Shown here: one piece after another, positions 27,481-38,972 of the stretch | Position numbering within the stretch: position 1 is the first letter of the stretch | How the letters are laid out: each line of letters begins with the position of its first letter | From: Anolis carolinensis | Taxonomy: Eukaryota | Assembly: GCF_035594765.1 (NCBI RefSeq) | Contig: NC_085843.1 | Coordinates: forward strand, 164,091,971 to 164,155,970 | Direction of reading: 5' to 3' | DNA: 64,000 nt | Made by a program: the position numbers and the translations under genes | Notes under the pieces: generated by a model | Database searches by the model: none | The model's input: the letters and a program-made list of their open reading frames with translations, nothing else | What the model was told of the DNA's origin: nothing

Positions 27481-27683
27481 CTCAGCCAGCATTTGGAAAC
27501 AATAGACATTGACAAAATCACGATCTGCCAACTGCAAAAGGCCACCCTACTGGGATCTGCACGCATCATCCGAAAATACATCACACAGTCCTAGACACTT
27601 GGGAAGTGTTCGACTTGTGATTTTGTGATACGAAATCCAGCATATCTATCTTGTTTGCTGTGTCATAATAAAATAATAATAAT
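27481..27683 (+). mobile_element. Dong/R4-clade LINE 3' end inserted in (TAA)n
   Basis: Encodes LSQHLETIDIDKITICQLQKATLLGSARIIRKYITQS* and is flanked by TAA repeats on both sides, the known Dong target. Confidence 0.8.
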
Positions 27684-27890
27684 TTTATTTTTATACCCTG
27701 CCCCATCTCCCCAAAGGGACTCTGGGCGGCTTACATGGGGCCAAGCCCAGGCTAAACAAGCAATGTAAAAACACAACAATAAAACAAATCAATCAACAAT
27801 AAAACAGATCATAAAAACTAATAAGGTCACATAAAATAGGCATACTTTGATAAAATCCTGGGTTGGCTCCTAAAAAGGACTGGGCCAAAG
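27684..27890 (-). mobile_element. L2 3' tail
   Basis: Reverse complement of the ccccatgtaagccgccc...ggagatggggc tail. Confidence 0.8.
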
Positions 27891-28013
27891 AAAGTGTCAG
27901 TAGTGTTAGGCATTATTTTCTCAATTGTCAGTCTGTATAGCATTCCAAGTCTTCCCAGGTGAACAGATCATAATGAATTATTGGAATGGCAGGGTATACA
28001 TAACTTAGAGATA

Positions 28014-28333
28014 GTAAAGGTAAAGGTAAACGTTTCTACTGACGTTAAGTCTAGTTTTGTCTGACTGGGGGTTGGTGCTCATCTCCATTTCTAAGTCGAA
28101 GAGCTGGAGTTGTCCATAGGCGCCTCCAAGGTCATGTGGCCGGCAGGACTGCATGGAGCACCGTTACCTTCCCGCCAGAGCAGTATCTATTGATTTACTC
28201 ACATTTGCATTTTTTTGAACTGCTAAGTTGGCAAAAGGTGGGGCTAACTGCGGGAACTCACCCTGCTTCTCGGATTCGAACAGCCGACCTTTTGGTCAGC
28301 AAATTCAACAGCTCAGCGGTTTAACCCGCTGCA
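28014..28333 (-). mobile_element. Sauria SINE
   Basis: (aaggt)n tail, Sauria core and ggattcgaac (B box, reverse). Confidence 0.9.
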
Positions 28334-29594
28334 AGATATAGTTGATTAAATCTCATTTACCTATGGCCAATTGTTTTATATTTCTGCTTCTACAACAGTT
28401 AACAAGGCATTAAATAAAATTAAGATTAAGATCGAACAAAACAAACACTGTTAGCCAATCTTCCTTAAACTTGCTATCACTGCGTCAGCAACAGTTGAAG
28501 AAATTCTGCTCTGTAGAAATTTCTTGTTCATATCGCAGCCATTTGTAGCACCTCTTTGCTGGCCAGAGAAGAACATTTTTTATGAAACGCACAGATGTGC
28601 TTTAGGGTATGCATTTCGACTTTGGCATATTGCTGTGTATTTTGACATGCTGAAACTGCAAACTACAGTCTCCTTGAAGGCTCTAACCTCTTAATGATAC
28701 TAAGCATGTCTCAATGAACACGGTAACCACAGAGGTTAGATGATATTTAACCCAGTGTGATGTATCACATTCTTTGTACATGTTGGCTGAATCGACTAGT
28801 ACGGGGAAGAATCCATTGGGACCCTGTCTTTTTGTAAGAGCATAACTGTGATTTGGATAATGGTATTTCCAGCTGTACAGATGGTCAAGGTTGATGGAGG
28901 AGGACAAATAATTCCAGATGATATAGGAAGGAAAAAATAAAGAACAAGCGAACAACACATTTTAAAAAGAACAATGTGGGAACATCAGACAAAAGGATCC
29001 ACTTGGATCATAATCATATGCGCTTAGGAGAAAAAAACCTCACTTCAGAGATAAACCAAACATGCTGTCCAAACAAACATTAGGCTTTGCACCTAGCCAT
29101 ATGTGTAACAATACCACTGTACAGTACTTAATTTTTTCTTTAAAAAATCAAAAACTTCTAAACCTAAGAGTTGCATCTAAGAAGGTGAGTAGAGTGAATG
29201 CCCCATTAATGAGAAGGGATTTTCTGCTTCTACATTAAATTCAACAGTGTAATTATAATTTGCTGTCAAGTTATCTCCTACTTATTGTAACAATAGGAAA
29301 ACTTCCCATTATTAACTTCTCATACCTAATGCAGTATCTTAATTTATTGAACCAATTGATCTCTCTGCCTCTATTCTGACTCCTTTCTTATTTTTGCAGC
29401 ATTATTGCCCTTTTCAATGTCAGTGCATGATGTGTTAGTGCATGATGCATGTCAGTGCATGATGTGTCCAAAGTAAAATAGCTCTAGTATAGTCAATTTG
29501 TTTTTCTACTGAGAATTGCACTTGGACCTATTTATTTCTCTTTTTGGCAGTCCGTGATACCTATAAAACTCTCTTCAAACAGCATTTCAAATTA

Positions 29595-29917
29595 CAGTAG
29601 AGTCTCACTTATCCAAGCTAAACGGGCCGGCAGAAGCTTGGATAAGCGAATAACTTGGATAATAAGGAGGGATTAAGGAAAAGCCTATTAAACATCAAAT
29701 TAGGTTATGATTTTACAAATTAAACACCAAAACTTCATGTTATACAACAAATTTGACAGAAAAAGTAGTTCAATACGCAGTAATGTTATGTTTTAATTAC
29801 TGTATTTACGAATTTAGCACCAAAATATCACAATATATTGAAAACATTGACTACAAAAATGGCTTGGATTATCCAGAGGCTTGGATAAGCGAGGCTTGGA
29901 TTAGTGAGACTCTACTG
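29595..29917. mobile_element. Tc1/mariner MITE, copy 5
   Basis: Same TIRs and TA TSD, 323 bp. It adjoins a degraded RTE-like fragment at about 29290-29590. Confidence 0.95.
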
Positions 29918-32287
29918 TAGTTAGTTTGAAATTGGCGTGAGAAAGATGTGATCTAAATGTATGGTTACATTATTCATCAGGTAAAGCCAACAACAACACA
30001 CCAACAAGTCACCGAGTTGCTCAAAAGTTGCACAAAAGTAAAATTTAAAGGGTGCTTTAAAAATTAATTGAAAAAGCACACAATGTTTGTTTCAATATAA
30101 TTTTAAGGCATACAACAAACACTATGATTTTCTTTGGATAATTTGGGAGTTCAAGAGTTTAACAAGAGTCAATAAAGTGGAAGAAGGCTATTTTATGCAA
30201 GTTTAGGGTTTTTAAAAAAATGTATATATAAATTACAGCCCGGAAAACATACAACAACCCTATATATACATTGTTTTGAAGTGTGTCCTTATAATGCATT
30301 GGTAGATGAGGCCTTTGGTAGCATATTTACCAGAGAGCCAGAATTGGCTGAAATTAAAAGCAAGAAGAGCTACCATGAAATGTATGAAATTATTCTTAAA
30401 TACATATTCATTCATTCACTTTTCTCCTGGTAAAGGGTCCAAATAGCGCTCTCTCGCTCTCTCTCTCTCTATATATGTATGTATGTGTGTGTAATTGTAA
30501 TTGATTACAATTAATTTGCCTTTTTATAATGTAATGTCTTCTTTAATACAGAAGAGATTACACTGTTAAAATAGTGTATCTAAAATTCAATAAATTGGAT
30601 GTATTTTAAAAAATGCTTTAAAAAACCGAAATTGATATATTCCCTTATCCCCAGAACAACTATAGTCTTTTATTTGAACTTTCTCAAAGGTTTACTTGTT
30701 TTCTGCTTGGAATGTCTAATAACGAAGTACATTTACCCTTAGGAATTACACTGACATTATATTAAGTCTTCCAGATGTTTTGTCCATCGTATCATAAAAA
30801 AGGCTACCAATTGAAAGAAGAAACATTTCTCCCCTTAACCACACTACTAATATTCTTTTATTTTGTATTAAAACAGTTGATATCAAATGTATACACTATC
30901 AATATTCTAATCTTCCTCATCAGGAAGATAATTCATTTGAGTTTTTAAACTAAAAACTCCAAATATTTCAGGAGATTGCATTGCTCTATATATTTTTCTA
31001 TAGAAATTCTTTGCATTCATTCCTCTATATATTGCTTTATATAAATTCTTCCTATGTTATATATTTCTCTATAGAAATTCTATAGCTTTTAGGCACTAAG
31101 GCAACAAGAATTTTTTTGGTAATATATAAAATTTGCACTAAATACCTCCTAATGCTTTCTGTATTCATATGTAATCCAATTCACAATGTAATTTTAGACT
31201 ACTTATTGGAAGTATAAATAATAGTGAAGTAAAGAAAGCCAACAGAAAACATGGTCACTGGAACCCTAGGAATGGAGTTCTTACTGATTTCTGAGAATCA
31301 CATAAGAGAAGGAATTTGACCAACTAGACTGCTGGATAAAGCAGGCTTTATTCATGCATATATTAGTGGTTGTCAAGAAGGTGTTGGCAAATCACCCAAT
31401 TTATCACTGGAGTGTTGAATGTATATTACCCTTTTTTCATCAACCAGAGCCCCAGCCCCTATCCTGGTTAAAATTAATTTTTAAAAGGGGTCCTTTATGG
31501 AGGCAGATGCATTCACCAGTTCCCTAACACCTCATGTATAACAGTTTTCAAGATGAAAATTATCAAAAAGTAGTGTTACTTTTTTAAAAAGTGGGATGCT
31601 CAAAAGGGCAGTTGGTTTGCATCATTCAGATTCCAGGAGATCTCTCATCCTTCAGACTCCAGAAGATCTCTCAGGGAAAATTATTAGAGAGGTTATGTCT
31701 TGGAGTGTATTTGAAGATATAATGGTACATACCATATAACATGTTAGTTTTGTTTTCTTTCTAAATCTGTTGCTTAGAAACTAAATAAAGACAGGCAACA
31801 CCTTTGTTTTATGACTGCATAATGAAAAGTTGATCGATGGTAAGAGAATATGGGTTTAATAGGATATTGCAGGATTTCATAATTGCAAAAGCAATTGGAA
31901 ATGGCAGAAACCAAGTTAAACATTATGTTTTCATTGCTGGTGACCATCTAGAAGTGTACCAACTTGTTCAAGACATTTATAAATATGGATGACTCTTATA
32001 TTATAATACATTCTTGTTACATCAAAGCTCTGATAATGGGGTGGGTTATTTAATGATCCTGAATTCCTAAGATGTTATTTATTTATATGCTGCATTTATA
32101 TTATGTCTTTCTGCCAAATAAAGGAGCTGAAGGCCTTTTGATGACCTCAAGTGACCTCAACTAACCAGCTCATATCTTTGGAAAGGTATGGAAATAATTT
32201 TAATGATAATTAATATATTATCAAAGTTGGCAATTATATACTTTAAGTTGACAGGCCTTGATATTTAGATACTTCAATGTTATACGG

Positions 32288-33028
32288 TGTTGTGACTCAG
32301 CCTTTGCCTTTGTGTGACTCTGATGAGTATTCTGGGATGCAAGTGCATAATTATGGGATTCAGATTCAGGATGAGTTTCAAGATGACTCTGATGGGAATT
32401 ATGGGAGTCAGGTGCAGAGTGTTCCTGCTGTGGGAGATGAAGAACAGGGAGTTTTTCCCAAGGGAAGAAATGAGGTTGTTTCTGATGATGGTTTTCAGGT
32501 GCAAGAAGCAGAAGGGGAGAGTAGCTCTGATAACACTAAAGAGCTCAGTGGCCTTGACGGCCTTGGCAATGAGGCCGCTGAGCTCGATCGTGCTAGTCGG
32601 CTGGAATTTCGGGGGTGCGTAGAAGCCTCCGAATAGCAAATAAGAGGGAGGTCAAAGGGCAAAGAAATGCCTTCATGTTATGCTATTAAAACAGTCTGCT
32701 GAAAGAGAGATCTTTGTCAAAAGCAACTTCTTAGCTAGAGTGAAGAACCAAGTCTGCTTTCCTGTATAAAGTCTGCATTCCTGTATTACCTCATAGTTTG
32801 GATATATTCTCATTGCTGGGACTTTGGCTTCCTTTGAAAGGACCTTGTTTCATGCCTATGCTTCTATGGATTAGATGATTACAGCCTTGTTTTGTAACTA
32901 TATTTTGGAACTGAACTTTTACCTTTTATGAACTATTTTACTGCCTATTTCCTAATAAACTACAAAGGACTATGTTCTGTGTGCAGCCTAGTGTCTTTAG
33001 CAAGGTGAAGCTAACCTGAGGTGCGACA
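32288..33028 (+). mobile_element. Gypsy-type solo LTR, family A
   Basis: TGTTGTG...GTGCGACA termini, 5-bp TSD tacgg/tacag and AATAAA near 32955. Same termini as 41920-43601. Confidence 0.85.
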
Positions 33029-33294
33029 TACAGTAACATATCCACATCCCAATATATATAAAATTATTCAAAGAGTCTGATTACAACTGCCAATTCAGTG
33101 TATGATAATACTCCCATTTCAATTTTCCCTAACAAAAGTATGACTTCCCCTGACAAATGCATTGTAATACGATTTCCTCCCACAATTTCTGTTTTGTCAG
33201 TTCCTACGTGAGTATTGGTGACAAAAAAATTAAATGGTGAAGGGCAGAGTTTGTGCATTTATTGTTGAAACGTAATTACATCTATACTATATAA

Positions 33295-33715
33295 ATGGTG
33301 GCCCTGCTCTCGGTCCCACCGCCCTCGCAAGCGCGACTGGTGGGAACGAGAGGCAGGGCCTTCTCAGTGGTGACCCCTTGTCGGTGGAACTCCCTCCCTG
33401 ATGAAATCAGGCAAGCCCCCTGTCTTCCAACATTCAGGAAAAAAAACTTAAGATGTGGCTGTGAGACCAAACATTTGACCAGTAATTGAAACAGTGCAAT
33501 AATGATAATGAAGTAATGTGATTTATAAATGAATTTGCATGATTTTAATTGATTTTTAAGAATTGATGTTTTTAATTGTTTGAATTTTAATTGTATTTGT
33601 TAATTTTTCGACGTATATGTGTTGGCATTGAATTCCGACCTCTTGAAAGGCCGCCCTGAGTCCACTTTGGGGTGAGAAGGGCAGGGTACAAGTGTAGGAA
33701 ATAAATAAATAAATA
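33295..33715 (+). mobile_element. L2 3' fragment
   Basis: ALLSVPP...RGRAFSVVTPCRWNSLPDEIRQAP followed by the ccgccctgagtcc...(aaat)n tail. Confidence 0.88.
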
Positions 33716-36700
33716 CTATTTAAATAACCTATGATACAAAACAAGCAAGGTTGCAATTGCAATGTAATGTCGTTGCACCTTGGTTATTGCCAGAAAGAAA
33801 AAGGAGCACCAGTAACTACTTCCAAGCTCTGTTGGGAAATAGAATTTCAAAGTACGAGATATATCACAAATAAAAGAAAATATTTCTGATTAATATCTTT
33901 ATTAATTACATTACAAACTACCTAAAGACAATCATGCCATTTACCAAGATATGTTTTCAAAACGAACCAGCATACAGCAAGCAAGGATTGCCAACTTCAG
34001 CCTGCTGACCTTGTTTTTATTTAGTAATTGGGTGAAATAAAACTTTCCACCATTCATTTCAGCAATTAAGTGCATGTCTCCACGGCTTCTAGATGTAACC
34101 AACATTGGGGGGAACTTACCTGCCACTCTCCAGTAATTACTCTTTTTCAGCTATAGTAACTGATCTAGATCCTGAGTTGTTGTTTTTTTTATTCCTTATG
34201 ATTGCTTTTTGAGTGATCCTAAATAACCACCTGAAACTGCTGACTTTGGAAAACTGCTACTCGGCAGCACCTTTATGTATACAAAACAAATTTAAATTAC
34301 TTCATGAATTTACCAGTTGAGACATGGGATAACTTCCTCAGCATGTTACAAAGCATATTTCCCACATATAAACCATATTAGCACAAGGATAGAAATAAGC
34401 AAATCTATCCAACTTGCACCAGGGGCATTCATTCACTGAACTGGAAGTTGAACCCATCTATCCTGATAAGGAAATCTCCAATATAGGAGTTTATTTTGCA
34501 CAGAAAAAGGAAATTAAATGTCTTTCTCAAACACAAACAAAAAAGACATGTTCTTTAAAACATCTAACTACATAATCCATTTGTCTGAGAACCCGGCCCC
34601 ATGAATATTTCACAAAGGTCACATTTTTCATTTGGCTTACGGAACACTTATAAACTAAGAATCCTAACTATCACTCCCAAGCACACAACAATGCCAAAGG
34701 TTACAATGTTTTTCTTTGCCCTCTCTAAATTACTTGCAAATGTATTCAAACACAATATGAAAAGATATTTTATTTTACTGAAAATAGCAGACTGTGCTCG
34801 TTCGAAATAAAAGCTGAGATTCATCAAGCATAAAGATGTGGGGAAAACACACTGGTTTAGAAACCCATAAATCCTTATTTGAATCTGCCAACCTGAAAGC
34901 GAAGTAAAGCCTGAAAAAACTATTTTTCTTAAATGCTATGTCTGATTAAACCATACTATTAAATGACAGCTGAACTTTAACATTAATATGATATTATTTA
35001 AATAAGTGTATGGCTTTTTTTAACACTAAAAATGATGAATGATTTTTGGACAGCTCAATTGACGTAAAGCAAGAAAACCCTTTAATGAGATTTGACAAAA
35101 TGGAGACATATGCAGAATATTCGTTACAGCTCATGTCGCATAACCATTCCTGGTGAGGATATAAGTTTGCCCATAGAGTTTTTATTATTATTTTGATTGT
35201 CTACAGGCACTGAACCATCTCTTTCAATTGCTGCTTCCTTTCTCCATGGATTTTGAATTTAGCTTGTGTCATTTACATATTACTCTTAATCAGAGATTTT
35301 GTATGCTACGGTTCAGAGTTTGAATTGTGAGAGATTTGTGATATGGAAGCAAGAGGTGCTGTTAACCTTTGTCACGTAAATATAGAAGAAAATAGAAAAC
35401 AAAAACAAGGTATTTTTATGAAAAGATTAAGAGCTGGTATACATTTTAAACCACTATCTCTACATGGCAAGCTGATTGCCTGCAGTAATTTCTCTTATGC
35501 ATCAAGCCCTCTTTTCTATGTCATTTCTTCTTTCTTTTCTTACCTACTGGTCTTCTGCCTGCCCCTTAACTTGAACCATTAACAGCTACTTGATTTCTGG
35601 CTAAACCTCAGAATTTCCATGGGCTGACGTTTATTGGGCAGATATTTTCACCACAGTGCTTTGTTACACCTTTGATAGGATTATATGGCTAAATTCATCA
35701 GGTCTTAGTCTCAACTACTGCACACTCAATGAACCAATGGGACATATGCCAGGAAACTTAATATATGTCCATTCATTCAGTGGACCTACTTCAGCTGGCA
35801 CAAACAACAAGATTTAATCCACAGTACTTCTTCTTTCTTGAAACTGTTCTTCCCTTTTCATTCATTTATGTAATTTATTAAAAGCAATATGCACGCAGAA
35901 ACACACAGGACCTCATCACATTGAGGCCCAAAGAGAGAGCGATAGCAGGGGGATTCGCCAGGCAGCGTGGCAAATCCGTGAAGCAGTGGGGGTACCTGTC
36001 CTCTCACATCGCCCCATTACCCATCCCACAAGGAGAGGGTGTTACTGCCCAGCTTGCCCCCACACTTTCCCCTTTTTACTCAATGAGAACACAGAATGCC
36101 TTCCATGTTCCCATTGCTCTCTCATAAAAACACTTTTACGACAGTATAGGGATGGAGCCCTGCCAGAAGTAGCAATATGTCGTTTAATGGGATCCAGCAG
36201 GCTCCATCCCCGAACTGTGGTGAAAGTGTCGTAGGATGGATAGTTTTGCCCGTATGATGAAGTCCACAATTTCTATCTTGGTAAAAACTCTTGATTAGTT
36301 TCTCATTTTCAAATATGATGCTCACCCATTCTACAGCAACCATCATTAATATTGCACCCCAGTGCAAGAGCCAAAGCCGCTTAAAATAGTTTTCATGTTA
36401 TTATGCGTTAAGGAAAAACACTTTAAAAAGACTGGCTTACATATACATAGGTAAGTATCTCAAACTGAACCAGGATATTATATAGCTTAAAAGAATTGCT
36501 ATATATGATTTTTGAATTCCCCCTTGAGGACATGTGTAACATGAAAGCACTATGCTAGACCCATTTTGTTTCGCACTACCAAGTCAACGAAATCAAGCTT
36601 TGTATTTCTGCTGCTTAATTTTGAAAAATCAAAAAGTACCCTGGTCATATAATGGTCTGGTGTGCTAACTGCACATGTTAGGGTGATGTGTAAATGGGCT

Positions 36701-37162
36701 TCTATGCCCATAGTCTATGCCCTAGTTTGAGGAATAATAATATACTTTGTGAATAGTGTAGTTTAATATTTTGATTAATTATTTCAGTGGTGTTCTAATT
36801 AATGAAATAGGCTGGGCAATAAATTCAAACAGACGTAAGTACACACATGAAAACTGATTTCATTTATTAGCTCTATGTAAATAATTGGGGTGGGAAACAG
36901 TTCAGCAACAATTTAAGAAAACTACCAAAAAGCAATATCTATGTGTCACACACAATGATGTAAATATTTACATTTTGCCTAATTTAAAATCTGTATGAGA
37001 TATGGGGAAGTGAGATGGACTGTATTTCCTATCATCTCTTGCCATTGGCTATATTTGAAAGGGCTGATGGAAACTATGATTCAACAACTCCTGAGGGCTA
37101 CACAGTCCCCATTCCAGATCCCAGAAGAAACAGGAAATGAGAGGTCCCTACCTTGTCCTTAC

Positions 37163-37224
37163 CTTCGTATCATTCCTGTAAGGATCCTTGAACTCTTGCC
37201 CAAGTTTGCATCAGTTTCTCTCAG
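37163..37224 (-). CDS. VTI1A: VTI1A internal coding exon (end of SNARE motif; equivalent to the human 62-nt exon 7)
   Basis: Minus strand reads ttttttccatag|CTG AGA GAA ACT GAT GCA AAC TTG GGC AAG AGT TCA AGG ATC CTT ACA GGA ATG ATA CGA AG|gtaagg = LRETDANLGKSSRILTGMIR(R). It is in phase (phase 0) with the upstream exon across an 870-nt intron and matches recalled human LRETDANLGKSSRILTGMLRR. Confidence 0.96.
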
Positions 37225-38094
37225 CTATGGAAAAAATTGCATACGTTTCACACAACCCAATATATGAACAGTTTTTTATTTCTTTGGAAAAACTTCCTTC
37301 TAGAGATTTCAATTTCATATTTTTAAAAATAAAAGTGACCATTCAAGTTATCCATAAATTTAATAAAAGTGAAAACACCAAACAGTTAGTGCTGCCATAA
37401 CATAATTTGAGCAGATTTTCAGCCTGAGAACCTGTTTCAGCACCCGAGTTTAGAAGTAGAACCCATGATGTGGCCTAATAACAATAAATAGTTTTGCTAT
37501 GGGGCATTTTTAAGATTATATAGCATCCAGAATGAAGAGAATAATTATTCTCCCAAAAATAAATGATTGAGATATATTCATAAGAGGTTAGAAAAAGTTT
37601 TAAGAAATATCCAGTTAGTCAGCTAATTTTGATGTTGAGTCATCAATTCATTTTGTCAGCATCTCATAACATGGTGACACTTCTGACTACTGACCATTAT
37701 TATCTAGAATATCCTCTGTCAGCATATTGTCTTCAAATGTTTGGATCCTACAATCTCATCTGTGGAGATGAGGCGGGATACAAATAAAGTTATTATTATT
37801 ATTAATCTGAAGGTCCTAAGATTGAATTCTGGATATTTCAAGTTGAATCTAAGGTATGAGGCTGGAAAGATAACTGTCTATGAGGTTAGATATAAGTATG
37901 GACTTATATGCTCCACAAAGAAAAGGCATGAAACATCTGTGAAGAGCCATCTCTAACCCGTTCTGTAGAAGGAGAAATACTAATTCCTCATTGACTAACT
38001 GCTTGTAATTCACTACTATGAATGATGAATTGATTCTGGTGATAATCAGTTTGAAAAGAACTGCAACTAAACAATTTCTTATCATTAAACTTAC

Positions 38095-38165
38095 TCTTTC
38101 TCGAGCACGCTGAATCTTTTCTCTATCATGGCTGAGGTTTTCCAGTATGTCCTGACCAATCTGTT
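38095..38165 (-). CDS. VTI1A: VTI1A internal coding exon (SNARE motif; equivalent to the human 71-nt exon 6)
   Basis: Minus strand reads ttcttttccttatgcag|AA CAG ATT GGT CAG GAC ATA CTG GAA AAC CTC AGC CAT GAT AGA GAA AAG ATT CAG CGT GCT CGA GAA AGA|gtaagt = (E)QIGQDILENLSHDREKIQRARER. This matches recalled vertebrate VTI1A (EQIGQEMLENLSHDREKIQRARER). Polypyrimidine tract, AG acceptor and GTAAGT donor are present. Confidence 0.96.
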
Positions 38166-38486
38166 CTGCATAAGGAAAAGAAAAAAGAACCTAACATAAA
38201 TAATGAAAAATAAAATCACCTATATCACAAATTTAATATTTGACTACAAGGAAATCTCCTGATTAAATGTGAAAATAGAGAAATCGATAAGAAGATAAGC
38301 AAAGTAATTAAGAATAGTCACGAAAACTCATTAAAACCCTACTAGTCAACAAGAACTCAAACTGGAAACAGAATGAAAGCCAAAAAGATAATATTATAAA
38401 AATAAAACCATATTGGACTTGAAAATATAATATAAGTGTTGTGCATAATACTTTGTAAGTCTACTTTCTGGCAAGAATTTCTAGTA

Positions 38487-38720
38487 CAGGCAGTTCCCGA
38501 GTTACAATCATCCACCTTACAAATGACTGATAGTTGAGACAGGGTTGACACAACAGGAAACAAGAGAAATCTACCCATCAGAAGGGAAATTTACTCCTGA
38601 GAAAAGTTATCATGGGAAAAATAGGTCTCCAGTGAAGCTTTATCACCAATCCATGTTTCCACAAAAAGCCAAATTTTTCAAAATCCAGTTATCACAGAGA
38701 CAGAAAGTGAGGAAAAATCT
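38487..38720. mobile_element. Tigger-like transposon left-end fragment
   Basis: ta-caggcagttcccgagttacaa TIR-like start; no right end was found. Confidence 0.55.
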
Positions 38721-38972
38721 CTTTCTGGCAATAAAAACCACACTTAATCTCGGGAGGTGTGAGGGTTAGCAGGGTTGGCATATGGTAAAAAGAAAAAAAA
38801 TCTCATACTCCATTCCCAATTCACCTATATACCATTTTCATGGGTTACACAATGAAGTGTCTATAATGGGGGTAGTAAAAGCAGAGCACCAGAACAGAGG
38901 TGTAAACTTTCTGGTAGAGGGCTACAAAGGAGAAAAGACAGAATCATAGAATCATAGATTTGAAAGAGATCC

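Larger units (their letters stand above)
1..37162 (-). other. VTI1A: Large VTI1A intron preceding the terminal transmembrane exon (continues beyond the window start)
   Basis: Begins at the GT donor at 37162. I did not find the terminal IIQNRIL/transmembrane exon in the window. Confidence 0.8.

Noticed and set aside
35921-36367. Overlapping short ORFs as an alternative VTI1A exon
   Set aside because: No similarity to the VTI1A C-terminus and no convincing splice sites; retained only as a hairpin finding.
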